A DNA stretch of 64,000 nt, taken from positions 39,618,001 through 39,682,000 of the forward strand of contig OZ024752.1 in assembly GCA_964016885.1 (NCBI GenBank), given 5' to 3'. Numbering within the stretch: position 1 is the stretch's first letter; the number at the start of each line of letters is the position of its first letter. The stretch comes from Eledone cirrhosa (Eukaryota). The notes beneath the pieces were generated by a model. The model saw only the letters and a list, made by a program, of their open reading frames with translations. It was not told the origin of the DNA and did not search any database. This document shows, one piece after another, positions 1 through 13,880 of this stretch. The position numbers and the translations under genes were made by a program.

Positions 1-229
1 CATCATAATCATCACCATCATAGAATCATTACTATCGTTTTCAGCATCATTATCACTATCACAGTCAGTAATATCTTTGCTATTCTCGCCACCCTCACCT
101 TCATCCTTATCATGACATCATCATCATCATCATCATTTTGAATAGAATTATCATCATTAGAAGGAGCAGCTTCATTGTATTGTTGTCCACTACTCCTTTC
201 CTTCTTAATCTCCCCCTCTTCTCCTTATC

Positions 230-770
230 ATCATCATCATCATTTTACGTCCGCTTTTCCCTGCTTGCAAGGGTGGGACGGGTCCTATTCAGCACAACAT
301 CTCTCCACTTGTCACGGTCCTTCGTCATCTCCTCCGTGAGCTTCAGCGATCTGAGGTCAGCTCTCACCACCTTCGCCCATGATGGACATCCTCTACTGCA
401 TCTTCCTTCCACAGGGATTTCTTAACACTTCTTTACCCAGCAGTCATCCTCCATGTGCATCACATGTCCATACCATCACAGTCATCTCTCCCACACACTG
501 CAGCTTATCCCTCTTATACCCAGTTTCTCTCTCAACTCGTCTGTGTTTGGTCGTTCACGCACATTGACATTGCACATCCAACAGAGTATGCTTGCTTCAT
601 TTCCCTCCAGCTATTGCATATCCTCCACAGTTGCTGCCCATGTCTCACTACCATCATCTATCATCATCATCATCATCATCATACGACCGCTTTTCCCTGC
701 TCGCAAGGGTGGGACGGGTCCTATTCAGCACAGCATCTCTCCATTTGTCACGGTCTTTTGATATCCATGT
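230..770 (-). mobile_element. RTE-type LINE 3' fragments with (TGA)n tail
   Basis: Homologous to 5975-6335 and 29100-29452; (CAT)n then ttttacgtccgcttttccctgcttgcaagggtggg. Confidence 0.75.
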
Positions 771-941
771 GATACCCATTTCTCCCTGAAAGCATGGGTT
801 CACTTGGTTTACTGATGACTCTATTTTATTTCTTGTTTCAACACTTTTGAATATTCATGCTGATTTTATAATAAATTTAATCATTTGTTCATCTTTGTAA
901 ATCACATAAAGAAATCAATGTTTTTTTAAATTTTTTCTTCT

Positions 942-1157
942 TTAATCCTTTAGTATTTACATTACTCTATATATACTATTGTATTTTCATGGTAAAGGCT
1001 TTATCTCACATAATATTGAATCTACGAGATTTTGATATTATATATTTTGAGAACAATACCTTAATGTCAGTATAAATGGCCGGTTTCAGCTGGTTTGAAC
1101 AGAAAAAGGTGAGAGAATTCTGGCTGGATATGGCCGGTTTAAATGCTAAAGGGTTAA
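942..1157. mobile_element. piggyBac-type MITE (TTAA / CCCTTTAGCATT termini), single-unit copy
   Basis: ttaatcctttagtattt ... aaatgctaaagggttaa; partial copies at about 47752-47915 and 55600-55755. Confidence 0.7.
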
Positions 1158-1203
1158 ACTATTTTAAAAATCCATAAATGTTTTTCTTTCTTCTTTAATT
1201 CAG

Positions 1204-1398
1204 GTAGAAGAACAGAATTTTAATAAACGTTATGCCACCGCTATTATAAATTTGAAAATAGTGGCTCAAGATAAAAATAACCCTGTGATTACTTCAGGAA
1301 CGACAGGTTATATATATGAGAATTCTCTTACTGGCTCATTAGTTTCAAGAGACAGATCGAATAACCCTATGGTTATCACTGTAACAGATGCAGATTTG
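1204..1398 (+). CDS. Large atypical cadherin, internal exon 1 of 19 in window (VEEQNF...QDKNNPVIT...YIYEN...TVTDADL)
   Basis: ttcag acceptor at 1201-1203, gtaagc donor at 1399; phase 0-0; cadherin xENS and TDAD motifs; splices in frame to next exon. Confidence 0.9.
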
Positions 1399-1603
1399 GT
1401 AAGCAAAATTTAACACTTTGATATGTTATAACACATCACATTGTCTAGAATATTTCTCGCAGAAGAATTTATATTTCTTCTTCTTCTTCCTGAACATGTA
1501 GAAAAGTAATTGTAACAATATTAAAATAATATTTATAACAATCACATTATTCACAGGCAGCTAAAAACAAATTTGTTTAAGCTGTAACATTCCATGTTTT
1601 GCA

Positions 1604-2310
1604 TACTCTTGGGTCTCAAATAAAAACCCCTCTTTCCCCGGCCACTTATTAATTTTTCAGATCCCCCCCTCCGCCTGCTTATAAAATTTTGCTAATCTAC
1701 CTCCAGTGAAATTTTATTTCATTTGGTAGCATTCCTACGACAATTAATTTTCTTCAGACATTAAAAAACATTATACACAGCAAATAAAAAGAACATTACA
1801 AGAAATCCCATACGTTATAACATATATAGGATCATCATCATCATCGGACTAAACAATTGATCTCCACGTGGGTATGTTGCTTATTGCTATTGCAAAGTCC
1901 TGGATTTCTTCAATACCAGAATCTCTGGAGATGACATTGGAGTAGGAGAGCTTGCGCCCCTGTTATTAATGACTGCTTGTGGTTTCCAAAGCACTAATGG
2001 GGACACAACCTCATAGGTAGCATGACGGCAGTGACCAGCAAATCTTACTTTCCTTTTACGTACAACAACAGATATGTGTGGGAGGCCGGCATAAATCTCT
2101 CTCAAAGTCAGATGTCGCCAGCTTATGTTCGGAATGTGTTGAAGTAGGCGAGTGTAAGTGCCATCAAGGTGCTTTTGTTGGGGTCTCAATATGTAAACTA
2201 AATGACTAATTCTGGTTTTTAAAAAAATCAAGGGAGACAACCTAGAAAAATTACCGATTCCCCCTCCGCCTGCTTATAATACCCCCTTTATTATTTGGGA
2301 CCCGAAAGTA
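1604..2310. mobile_element. TA-flanked MITE (about 20-bp TIR) interrupted by an RTE-type LINE 3' fragment (about 1831-2185, - strand)
   Basis: tactcttgggtctcaaataa / ttatttgggacccgaaagta; nested ORF LDGTYTRLL...NISWR...RFAGHC...LVLWKP with (TGA)n tail. Confidence 0.65.
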
Positions 2311-2395
2311 ATATGTTGTTTATATTACAGAAACCGATTATAATGTATGATAATTTTTATTTTTTTCTGTTTTTTCAATTTGTTGTATTTTGAAG

Positions 2396-2524
2396 GGTTC
2401 TGGAAAGTCAGTAAATTATGACATTACCACAAGCTCTACAGATTTCAGCATCAATAAATACCATCAGCTGATAACAGTAAAATCAGTTATTGACTACGAA
2501 ATACAGTCTAGCTTTCAAGTTCCT
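2396..2524 (+). CDS. Cadherin exon 2 (GSGKSVNY...VIDYEIQSSFQVP)
   Basis: T-rich tract plus aag acceptor, gtaagt donor at 2525; IDYE motif; phase 0-0. Confidence 0.88.
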
Positions 2525-2680
2525 GTAAGTATTTTTTTAAAATTGAATTTCAATACTGACTTCAGTCTGACTCCATAAATATATATATTAATAAATATAT
2601 ATATATAAATAAATATATATTAATAAATAATTAAATCAAATAGGTAAAATTTGGCTTTGTTTATTATAAATTATAGATAT

Positions 2681-2735
2681 ACTGCTATATATATTTCGGT
2701 GACAGCCATCATTGGCTGTGACCTCTTCAGGCAGT
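2681..2735 (-). ncRNA. Type I hammerhead ribozyme motif (minimal, Penelope-type)
   Basis: Minus strand reads acugc-CUGAAGA-[stem II ggucacagcca/uggcugucacc]-GAAA-uauau-AUA-gcagu; 5-bp stem I, palindromic short stem III. Confidence 0.8.
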
Positions 2736-2905
2736 TCGAATTGGTGTGGGAAAGACAGGTACACATGTTGTTCAAGAGTGTTTTACTCCGTCAATACTCC
2801 GATATGTCCTGGTTGCGTTGTTATTTCTCTGAGGAACTGGAATCGTATGATTCCAGTTCCTCAACACAACCAGGAGCTGGGCATATATATGTATGTGTAT
2901 ATATA

Positions 2906-2974
<69 letters not shown>

Positions 2975-2983
2975 ATATATATA

Positions 2984-3073
2984 TAAATATTTTCTCTATG
3001 GTTCTTATATATTTGATATATATTTATCCTTATCGAGCCCTCTTTGGATTTTAGTCTTCAAATTTATTATTAT

Positions 3074-3113
<40 letters not shown>

Positions 3114-3204
3114 ATAATAATAAATGTGAAGACTAAAATTCCAAACAGGGCTCGATAAGGATAAATATATATCAAATATATAAGAACCCTAGAGAAAATA
3201 TTTA
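2984..3204. repeat. Inverted repeat with about 93-bp arms around a (TA)n spacer
   Basis: 2984-3076 is the reverse complement of 3111-3204 with few mismatches. Confidence 0.9.
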
Positions 3205-3327
3205 TTTAATCTGTTATTTTAATATATATATATATATATGTTTGTGCTTGTATATCATGTATGTACATATACTGTTTATCTAAAAATAAATAATAAAATA
3301 TTTTAATTTCTACATTTCATGCTATAG

Positions 3328-3489
3328 ATTAAAGTTGTTGAGACAGGTGTTCCAAATCCTAAAACAGCTAATGGATTCGTAACTGTTGAAGTGATTGACA
3401 TGAATGACAACTCACCAATATTTACCCAGTGCCAAGGAACTAGCGTACAAGAAGGGGATTATTCCAGCAGTCCTATCACAGCCACTTTG
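3328..3489 (+). CDS. Cadherin exon 3 (IKVVETGVPNPK...VIDMNDNSPIF...TATL)
   Basis: tag acceptor, gtaatt donor at 3490; canonical DxNDNxPxF linker. Confidence 0.93.
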
Positions 3490-3513
3490 GTAATTTACAG
3501 CTCTCTTTCATGA

Positions 3514-4370
3514 TTAACCCTTTAGCATTTATATTACTTTATATTTACTATTACATTTTCATTGTAAAGGCTTTATCACATAATTATCTCACATAAAATT
3601 TACATTACACTATATTTACTATTATATTTTCATGGTAAAAGCTTTACCCCACATGATTATCTCATATAATATTTACATTACACTATATTTACTATTATAT
3701 TTTCATGGTAAAGGCTTTACTTTACATAATTATCTCACATAACATTTACATTACACTATATATACTATTATATTTTCATGGTAAAGGCTTTACTTTACAT
3801 AATTATCTCACATAACATTTACATTACACTATATTTACTGTTATATTTTCATGGTAAAAGCTTTACCTCACATAATTATCTCACATAACATTTACATTAC
3901 ACTATATTTACTATTATATTTTCATGGTAAAAGCTTTACCTCACATAATTATCTCACATAACATTTACATTACACTATATTTACTATTATATTTTCATGG
4001 TAAAAGCTTTACCTCACATAATTATCTCACATAATATTTACATTACTCTATATTTACTATTATATTTTCATGGTAAAAGCTTTACCTCACATAATTATCT
4101 CACATAACATTCACATTACTCTATATATACTATTATATTTTCATGGTAAAAAGCTTTACCTCACATAACATTTACATTACTCTATATTTACTATTATATT
4201 TTCACGGTAAAAGCTTTACCTCACATAATTATCTCACATAATATCAAATCTATGAGATTTTGATATTATTTTTTTTGAGAACAATACTTTAACATGAGTT
4301 ACAGCTGGTTTAAACAGAAAGAGGTGAGAATTCTGACCGGATATGGCCAATTTAAATGCTAAAGGGCTAA
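3514..4370. mobile_element. Same piggyBac-type MITE expanded by an internal 73-bp tandem repeat (about 10 copies)
   Basis: ttaaccctttagcattta ... taaatgctaaagggctaa; period 73 (3599, 3672; 3891, 3964). Confidence 0.8.
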
Positions 4371-4445
4371 GCTATTTGCTTTTATGATTTTATCTGATTT
4401 CTGTTTTGTTTTAACAATCAGATGTCATTATTATTGTTTGAAAGA

Positions 4446-4840
4446 GGGCGGTGGATTGGCAGTATCGGTAGAGGGTCGGACACCATGCTTTAACGCACAG
4501 TTATGTCCCTTTACGGACTGAGTTCAAAACCCGCCGAGGTTGACTTTGCCTTTCATCCTTACGGGGTTGATAAAATAAAGTACCAGTAATGAACTGGGTA
4601 ATTGCTGGCCTTGTGCCAAAAGTAGAAACAATTATTATTGTTTTAAAGGGCGGTGGATTGGCAGTATCAGTAGAGGGTCGGACGCCATGCTTTCCAGCAT
4701 AGTTACGGCCCTTTACAATCTGAGTTCAAATCCCGCCGAGGTTGACTTTGCCTTTCATCCTTACGGAGTCGATAAAATAAAGTACCAGTAATGAACTGGG
4801 TAATTGCTGGCCTTGTGCCAAAGGTAGAAACAATTATTAT
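4446..4840 (+). mobile_element. Tandem tRNA-derived SINEs, family A (central gcctttcatccttacggggtcgataaa domain)
   Basis: A-box-like tggcagtatcggta and B-box gagttcaaatcc; other copies at 10222-10625(-), 42170-42840(+), 43699-43885(+), 47275-47485(+), 48140-48240(-), 48255-48430(+), 55152-55250(-), 56052-56243(+). Confidence 0.8.
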
Positions 4841-5104
4841 TGTTTTAAATTCACTAATGATCAATCCAGAATCAATCATCTAAATTCATTGTGGTATTTA
4901 GTTTCAAAGTTTTGCCTTCTTAATTCCGCTGGCGTCAATTTTGTCTTTCTTTCCTCCATGTTCATTTATATAAGTACCTGTCATGTAATCAGAGGCAATT
5001 CAATAAACTGGACCAATTTCCAAGAAATCTCTGGCTTTGTGCCAATCAACAAAAAGTGTATTATTTTTGTTGTACTGGATTAGCTTAGAATTCTTCTTCT
5101 TCTT

Positions 5105-5194
<90 letters not shown>

Positions 5195-5772
5195 ATTATT
5201 ATTCTTATTCTCCTCCTCCCACTTATCCCTGCGAGGGATGTGGGGTCATAATCATCAAACAATCTTTCCAGTAGATCCAGTTGGAATCCCAAGTGAGACC
5301 AGCCGGCCTCAAGGATGCTATCCAACCATCTTGCTCGGGGGTCTACCCTTAGGTCGCCTGCCAGCTGGTTTTTACCTGTAAAATCTGTCCAGCAATTCTT
5401 TCCTGAAATATTCTAACCACATACCTGTAGTATTGGAACTGTGATCTCTCAAATCAGAGAAGCAGTGGTTCTACCTGAAGCAACTCTCTGATCCCCAAGC
5501 TATGTTCTCTATTGAGTAATGTTGCTCCATAGACCCTTTGGAGGAACCTCTATTTTGGCCACTTGTATTTGAGATCATATTGCAGGACTAAATGCAATAA
5601 ATTACACTATCTATTTATATTTTATTGGCAATGGATTCAAATTGTGATCAATATAATTAAACCAAAATGAGAAGAAAAATTAAGTTGGTTATATTTATTA
5701 GGGATAAGCATAGTCAGCTATGCAACTTAATCAGAAAATAAATCAGTAATTTATTCCATACTTTCTGCTTAG

Positions 5773-5954
5773 GTTTCAGCAACAGATAAAGATTCTGGAG
5801 CCAACAAAAATATTATATATTCATTGGTGGATAACAGTCAAACAAAATTTCAGTTGGATGGCAACAACTTGAAAGTTGTTGGTACATTATCCCGAAACAC
5901 GAAATATACTGTTGTTATTAAGGCTGAAGACCAAGCCATACTAATCAGCTTGAG
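5773..5954 (+). CDS. Cadherin exon 4 (VSATDKDSGANKNIIYSL...KAEDQAILISLR)
   Basis: ttag acceptor, gtaagt donor at 5955; ATDxDxGxN motif; ends phase 2. Confidence 0.93.
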
Positions 5955-5974
5955 GTAAGTGTGATTTACCCTAT

Positions 5975-6335
5975 CATCATCATCATCATTTTACGTCCGC
6001 TTTTCCGTGCTTGCAAGGGTGGGACGGGTCTTATTCAGCACAGCATCTCTCTACTCGTCACGGTCCTTCGTCATCTCCACCGTGAGCTTCAATAATCTGA
6101 GGTCTGTTCTCACCACCTCCGTCCATGGTTTTCGTGGTCTACCTCTACCACGTCTTCCTTCAACTGGCATTTCCTGGCACTTTTTCACCCATCGGTCATC
6201 CTCCATGCGCATCACATGTCCATACCACCTCAGTCTCCTCTCCCGTACACTACATTCTATCCATCTCAGACACAGTTTCTCTCTCAACACATTTATGGTG
6301 GGTCGTTCACGCACATTTACACTGCACATCCAACT
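5975..6335 (-). mobile_element. RTE-type LINE 3' end, 20 nt downstream of exon 4 donor
   Basis: ORF 6051-6329: RRLRWYGHVMRM...GRRGRGRPRKPW...DL. Confidence 0.85.
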
Positions 6336-6339
6336 TATA

Positions 6340-6653
6340 TACTTCTTATATACTTGACATCCTTCTTATATACTTGAATATAAGAAGAGGAATTAAAGTC
6401 TTTAGTCTAATACTGCAAATGTTCATTATAACTATACTATAAGCATTTGAATTACAGTATATAGTTGAATATAATAAGCCAAGGAATATATGACCAAAAA
6501 AAAATCGATGGTAAAATGTTGTAGGGGTTGTCTTATATACACCATCTATACAATGTGTTGGTTAGCTGCTTCTGCTTATAAATGGGGTTTAGCTTTTTGC
6601 CCATTTCTCAGACATAAAATAGGCAGCTGGTTTATATTCAGGTATATATGGTA
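6340..6653. mobile_element. Dispersed MITE-like repeat; inverted homologue at about 35471-35760
   Basis: Shared aagtctttagtctaata, agccaaggaatat, ttttgcccatttctcagacataaaat, ggcagctg motifs. Confidence 0.55.
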
Positions 6654-7213
6654 AATTTATGGATGGTATAATTATTAGCAATAGCAATATTGAAAATCAC
6701 AACTAAGTTGGGTAAAAGCCTACTTCCTCAATACGTTGGTTTATTTAAGTCTAAATTTAGAGAATGTTGTCCTCTTTCTTATTCTTGCACTTGTTTGATG
6801 AAACTGGTGTCATCCTAAGTCAGTGATCCCAGAGGTGTCATCATGAATCGAGCCGATCAGATCCATCTGTGCCCCCCATGGTTGGTGGTCCCTTACCATC
6901 CCCTCTGCATTGTTCAAGGTGACATCAAGCCTGTGGAGATCTTCTTCATCATATTCAGCCATCTAGTGCTGGGCCTACCACAGAGGCCTCTTCCAGCCTG
7001 CAGCTGCTGAATTAAATGAGAGTAAGGCCTTGGTAGAATAATCATCATCATCATCATCATCATCATCCTCATCGATTAACGTCTATCTTCCCTGTTAGCA
7101 TGGGTTAGACAGGTTTGTCCTACTTGAGGCAGGATTGGTCGGGGGACCGTGTCTCGCTCGTACAGATCTGTTTTTGGCTGGTTTTCTATGGCTGGATGCC
7201 CTTCCTAATGCCA

Positions 7214-8560
7214 ACCACATTTACAGTGTGGGCTGGGAGCCTTTTTACTGTGTCTCCTACATGACCACTTTACAGTGTGGGCTGGGAGCCTTTTTACTGT
7301 GTCTCCTACATGACCACTTTACAGTGTGGGCTGGGAGCCTTTTTACTGTGTCTCCTACATGACCACTTTACAGTGTGGGCTGGGAGCCTTTTTACTGTGT
7401 CTCCTACATGACCACTTTACAGTGTGGACTGGGAGCCTTTTTACTGTGTCTCCTACATGACCACTTTACAGTGTGGACTGGGAGCCTTTTTACTGTGTCT
7501 CCTACATGACCACTTTACAGTGTGGGCTGGGAGCCTTTTTACTGTGTCTCCTACATGACCACTTTACAGTGTGGGCTGGGAGCCTTTTTACTGTGTCTCC
7601 TACATGACCACTTTACAGTGTGGACTGGGAGCCTTTTTACTGTGTCTCCTACATGACCACTTTACAGTGTGGACTGGGAGCCTTTTTACTGTGTCTCCTA
7701 CATGACCACTTTACAGTGTGGACTGGGAGCCTTTTTACTGTGTCACCTACATGACCACTTTACAGTGTGGACTGGGAGCCTTTTTATTGTGTCACCTACA
7801 TGACCACATTTTCAGTGTGGACTGGGAGCCTTTTTACTGTGTCTCCTACATGACCACTTTACAGTGTGGACTGGGAGCCTTTTTACTGTTACATGACCAC
7901 TTTACAGTGTGGACTGGGAGCCTTTTTACTGTGTCTCCTACATGACCACTTTACAGTGTGGGCTGGGAGCCTTTTTACTGTGTCTCCTACATGACCACTT
8001 TACAGTGTGGGCTGGGAGCCTTTTTACTGTGTCTCCTACATGACCACTTTACAGTGTGGACTGGGAGCCTTTTTACTGTGTCTCCTACATGACCACTTTT
8101 CAGTGTGGACTGGGAGCCTTTTTACTGTGTCTCCTACATGACCACTTTACAGTGTGGACTGGGAGCCTTTTTACTGTGTCTCCTACATGACCACTTTACA
8201 GTGTGGACTGGGAGCCTTTTTACTGTGTCACCTACATGACCACTTTACAGTGTGGACTGGGAGCCTTTTTATTGTGTCACCTACATGACCACATTTTCAG
8301 TGTGGACTGGGAGCCTTTTTACTGTGTCACCTACATGACCACTTTACAGTGTGGACTGAGAGCCTTTTTATTATGTCACCTACATGACCACATTTACAGT
8401 GTGGACTGGGAGCCTTTTTACTGTGTCACCTACATGACCACATTTACAGTGTGGACTGGGAGCTTTTTTACTGTGCCACCTACATGACCACATTTACAGT
8501 GTGGACTGGGAGCCTTTTTACTGTGCCACCTACATGACCACTTTACAGTGTGGACTGGAT
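7214..8560. repeat. 49-bp minisatellite (about 27 copies) inside a SINE-related element
   Basis: Unit actttacagtgtggrctgggagcctttttactgtgtctcctacatgacc; period 7221/7270/7319. Confidence 0.95.
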
Positions 8561-9055
8561 GTTCTGTGGTACCAACATAACTTTACAGAGAAAGGGTGGA
8601 GTGGGTGAAAGTAGGAGGATGGAGTAGGTGGTGTGGGGTGTATATTGGGTTAAGAGGTGCCTACTGACTGTAGGTTTAAGTTCGTACGTAAGGGAAGGTG
8701 GGTCTTCTGTATTACTGCATAAAAGATCTCGATCTGGTGGGAATTTTGTATAATTCCCAAATATAATGTTAAATAAGTTAAACAGTTTATTGTCTTAATC
8801 AATTTGCCTGAAGCACATTATATTAGGTATTAACTATGTGGTTAGTATGAAAATGATATTTGCACAGGCTAATAAGGAAAACTTATATTTTCCTTATTAA
8901 TAAAAATGACTTTCATAAGCATGAACTGCCATCTTCTGACTAGGAGCAATAGTAATCTGTTATATTGAACTTTCTAGTTCAACATAAATGGCTGAAATGT
9001 GGTTCCTCCATTGGATCTTTGGAATAACGTTACTCATTATAGTGCGTAGCTTGGG

Positions 9056-9905
9056 GATCAGAGAGTCACTCCAGGTAGAGCTGTTACTTCTCTGAATTGA
9101 GAGATCACAGCTCTGGCACTGTGATTATGTGGTTAGAATGTCTCAGGAAAGAATCACTGGACAGATTTGTAGCTCAGAGATCAGAGAGTCACTCCAGGTA
9201 GAGCTGTTACTTCTCTGAATTGAGAGATCACAGCTCTGGCACTGTGATTATGTGGTTAGAATGTCTCAGAAAGGAATCACTGGACAGATTTGTAGCTCAG
9301 AGATCAGAGAGTCACTCCAGGTAGAGCTGTTACTTCTCTGAATTGAGAGATCACAGCTCTGGCACTATGATTATGTGGTTAGAATGTCTCAGGAAGGAAT
9401 CACTGGACAGATTTGTAGCTCAGAGATCAGAGAGTCACTCCAGGTAGAGCTGTTACTTCTCTGAATTGAGAGATCACAGCTCTGGCACTGTGATTATGTG
9501 GTTAGAATGTCTCAGAAAGGAATCACTGGACAGATTTGTAGCTCAGAGATCAGAGAGTCACTCCAGGTAGAGCTGTTACTTCTCTGAATTGAGAGATCAC
9601 AGCTCTGGCACTGTGATTATGTGGTTAGAATGTCTCAGAAAGGAATCACTGGACAGATTTGTAGCTCAGAGATCAGAGAGTCACTCCAGGTAGAGCTGTT
9701 ACTTCTCTGAATTGAGAGATCACAGCTCTGGCACTATGATTATGTGGTTAGAATGTCTCAGGAAGGAATCACTGGACAGATTTGTAGCTCAGAGATCAGA
9801 GAGTCACTCCAGGTAGAGCTGTTACTTCTCTGAATTGAGAGATCACAGCTCTGGCACTGTGATTATGTGGTTAGAATGTCTCAGGAAAGAATCACTGGAC
9901 AGATT
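9056..9905. repeat. 123-bp tandem repeat (about 7 copies)
   Basis: Period 9058/9181/9304; monomer occurs once, inverted, at about 5380-5500. Confidence 0.95.
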
Positions 9906-10740
9906 TTTATGAGCAAAAAGAAACCGGCAGGAGACTCAGGGGTTGGACCCTGAGCAAGAGGGTTGGATAATACCCATGACTTAGCTAGTCTCATTTGGGG
10001 ACCAAGTTGGATCAATTGGGGATGGTTGATTCTGACTGGACCTGGTGGAAGGAATGTTTGAGGACTCTACTCCCACGACCCCCCAGGATTAAGTCGGTGA
10101 AGGAAGAGATGGAGAAGAAGAAGGAGAAGATGAAGGAGAGGAAAATAGAGAAGAAAGAGAAGACGATGATGATGATGATTTGCAATATTTTTACTTTTTC
10201 TAGTTTTTTGGGAAACATCTAAAGCAATAATTGTTTCTAAATTTGGCATAAGGCCAGCAATTATTCCAGTGTATTACTGGTACTTTATTTTATCGACCCC
10301 GTAAGGATGAAAGGTAAAGTTAACCTCGGTGGGATTTGAACTCAGAATGGCAAGGGCCGTAACTCTATGCGTCAAAGCATGGCATCCGACCCACTACCGA
10401 TATTGCCAATCCACCGCCATCTAAAGCAATAATTGTTTCTACTTTAGGCACAAGGCCAGCAATTACCCAGTGTATTACTGGTACTTTATTTTATCGACCT
10501 CGTAAGGATGAAAGGCAAAGTCAACCTCGGCGGGATTTGAACTCAGATCGTAAAGGGACGTAACTATGCTGGAAAGCATGGCGTCCGACCCTCTACCGAT
10601 ACTGCCAATCCACCGCCTTCTAAAGCAATAATGCCAGCGTACATAGAAATATAATTTACACTCTGAGATAAAGAATAGAAGTTACATTATTTGTTTGTTC
10701 ATGGTTAAAAAGTAAATCTGGTCTTTTTTCTTTTCTGTAG

Positions 10741-10876
10741 GAGGAGTAGTTTTTGCACTGTAGTTGTAAGTGTAACTGAAGATACCAAGGTCAATCTGAA
10801 ATTTGTGAACCCATCCTACACAAATTCAATATTAGAAAATACAGTTGTCACTTCTTCCATTTACACTTTTAAAGAT
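10741..10876 (+). CDS. Cadherin exon 5 (RSSFCTVVVSV...FVNPSYTNSILEN...FKD)
   Basis: Polypyrimidine plus tag acceptor ending 10740, gtaagt donor at 10877; phase 2-0 matches flanking exons. Confidence 0.9.
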
Positions 10877-11275
10877 GTAAGTAAATTGTTTGAATTTTCA
10901 TAGAAATGCATACTTTTTTTTTATCATATCATCATCATCATCATCATTTAATGTCTATCTTCCATGCTAGCATGGGTTAGACGGGAGTTGTCCCACTTGA
11001 GGCAAGATTAGTCGGGGGACTGTGTCTTGTTCATATAGTACTATCTGGCAGGTTTTTCTATGGCTGGATGCCCTTCCTAACACCAACCATGTTTACAGTG
11101 TGGAACTGGGAGCTTTTTACCGGGTTACCTACACGGCCACATTACAGCGTGAACCGTGTGTTTTTTTTTTTGTCGTGACACCTACAGAACCTCATTAGTT
11201 TGGACTGGATTTTGTGGTACCAACATAACTTTATAGAGAAAGGGGTGGTGTTGGCGGGAGTGGGAGGATGGAGTA

Positions 11276-11910
11276 GGGGTAGTGGGTTGGAGTGTATGTT
11301 TGGTTTGGAGGGGCCTACTGACTGTAGGTTAACTTTGTACGTAAGGAAGGCGGGTCTTCTGTATTACTGCATGGCGCCAAATATCTTGATCCAGAGACAT
11401 TGAGGGGTAGTGGGTTGGAGTGTATGTTTGGTTTGGAGGGGCCTACTGACTGTAGGTTAACTTTGTACGTAAGGAAGGTGGGTCTTCTGTATTACTGCAT
11501 GGGGCCTAAGATCTTGATCCAGAGACATTGAGGGGTAGTGGGTTGGAGTGTATGTTTGGTTTGGAGGGGCCTACTGACTGTAGGTTAACTTTGTACGTAG
11601 GGAAGGTGGGTCTTCTGTATTACTGCATGGCGCCAAATATCTTGATCCAGAGACATTGAGGGGTAGTGGGTTGGAGTGTATGTTTGGTTTGGAGGGGCCT
11701 ACTGACTGTAGGTTAACTTTGTACGTAGGGAAGGCTGGTCTTCTGTATTACTGCATGGGGCCTAAGATCTTGATCCAGAGCCATTGAGGGGTAGTGGGTT
11801 GGAGTGTATGTTTGGTTTGGAGGGTCCTACTGACTGTAGGTTAACTTTGTACGTAGGGAAGGTGGGTCTTCTGTATTACTGCATGGTGCCTAAGATCTTG
11901 ATCCAGTGAC
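11276..11910. repeat. 128-bp tandem repeat (5 copies) inside a SINE-related element
   Basis: ggggtagtgggttggagtg at 11276, 11404, 11532 and onward. Confidence 0.95.
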
Positions 11911-12099
11911 ATTGTCTTAGGGAGATGTAAGTGTGGAAGGTCGGAAATTATCATGTGGTCCCAGATTTTTCCGGGTCTACCTACTCCGTAACTTCCATCT
12001 TTTTATATATGTAAATAATATGATGTAACAAATTCAACAGAGGAAATATTATTTTGTTATTGAATAAATATTTCCTCTTCCTCATCATAATCATCATCA

Positions 12100-12710
12100 T
12101 TCCACTCCTCCTCATCCTCCTCCTACTCCGCCTCCTCTCCACCCCCTCCTGATCCTCCACTTCCCACTCCCACTCCCACTCCTCCTACTCCGCCTCCTCT
12201 CCACCCCCTCCCCATCATCCACTTCCCACTCCTCCTCCTCCTACTCCGCCTCCTCTCCACCCCCTCCCCATCCTCCACTTCCCACTCCCACTCCTCCTCC
12301 TCCTACTCCGCCTCCTCTCCACCCCCTCCTCATCATCCACTTCCCACTCCACCTCCTCCTACTCCGCCTCATCTCCACCCCCTCCCCATCCTCCACTTCC
12401 CACTCCACCTCCTCCTCCTACTCCTCCTCCTCTCCACCCCTCCTCATCCTCCACTCCCCACTCCTCCTCCTCCTCCTACTCCACCTCATCGCCACCCCTC
12501 CTCCTCCTCCACTCCCCACTCCTCCTCCTCCTCCTCCTACTCCACCTCATCGCCACCCCTCCCCCATCATCCACTTCCCATCCCTCCTCACTCTCCTCCT
12601 CCTCCTCCTCCACCTCCTCTCCACCCCCTTCTAATCCTCTACTTACCACTCCTCCTCCTGCTGCTCCTCTACTCCGCCGCCCCCTCTCCACCACCTCCCC
12701 CTCGTCACCC
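12100..12710. repeat. Degenerate C/T-rich (CCT/CCA) repeat; G-rich on - strand
   Basis: Repeated ctcctactccgcctcctctccaccccctcc. Confidence 0.85.
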
Positions 12711-12864
12711 ACTTCTCACTCAGCACATGGTACGCCTCCTCTCCACCATACAGAGATATGGGGGATGGAGGGCGATGACAGGGGGAGTTCCGCTCTTCCG
12801 GACACATTGCAACTGTCATATGGATCATGTGATAATTTCATTTTTGTATGTTTCCTTTTTAACA

Positions 12865-13712
12865 TTCTATGGTAAATACTATTATGGTAAATACTATTAT
12901 GGTAAATACTATTATGGTAAATACTATTATGGTAAATACTATTATGGTAAATACTATTATTGTAAATACTATTATGGTAAATACTATTATGGTAAATACT
13001 TCTATGGTAAATACTATTATGGTAAATACTATTATGGTAAATACTATTATGGTAAATACTATTATGGTAAATACTATTATGGTAAATACTATTATGGTAA
13101 ATACTATTATGGTAAATATTTCTATTGTAAATACTATTATGGTAAATACTATTATGGTAAATACTATTATGGTAAATACTATTATGGTAAATACTTCTAT
13201 TGTAAATACTATTATGGTAAATACTATTATGGTAAATACTATTATGGTAAATACTATTATGGTAAATACTATTATGGTAAATACTTCTATGGTAAATACT
13301 ATTATGGTAAATACTATTATGGTAAATACTTCTATGGTAAATACTATTATGGTAAATACTATTATGGTAAATACTATTATGGTAAATACTATTATGGTAA
13401 ATACTATTATGGTAAATACTTCTATGGTAAATACTATTATGGTAAATACTATTATGGTAAATACTATTATGGTAAATACTTCTATGGTAAATACTATTAT
13501 GGTAAATACTATTATGGTAAATACTTCTATTGTAAATACTATTATGGTAAATACTATTATGGTAAATACTATTATGGTAAATACTTCTATTTTAAATATT
13601 ATTATGGTAAATACTATTATGGTAAATACTATTATGGTAAATACTATTATGGTAAATACTATTATGGTAAATACTATTATGGTAAATACTATTATGGTAA
13701 ATACTTCTATGG
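12865..13712. repeat. 15-bp satellite (ATGGTAAATACTATT)n, about 56 copies
   Basis: Direct reading. Confidence 0.97.
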
Positions 13713-13880
13713 TGAATACAATCTATTGTGAATAGATTCTATAGTAAATACTATTATGGTAAATAATTCTATGGTAAATACTTTTATGGTAAATATATTC
13801 CGTAGTAAATACTATTATGGTAAATACATGCTATGGTGAATACATTCTATTCTGAATAGACTCTATAGTAAATACTTCTA

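Noticed and set aside
12727-13735. GKYYY and MVNTI repeat ORFs resembling Tyr/Gly-rich structural proteins
   Set aside because: Translation of a 15-bp intronic satellite; no signal peptide or splice support.
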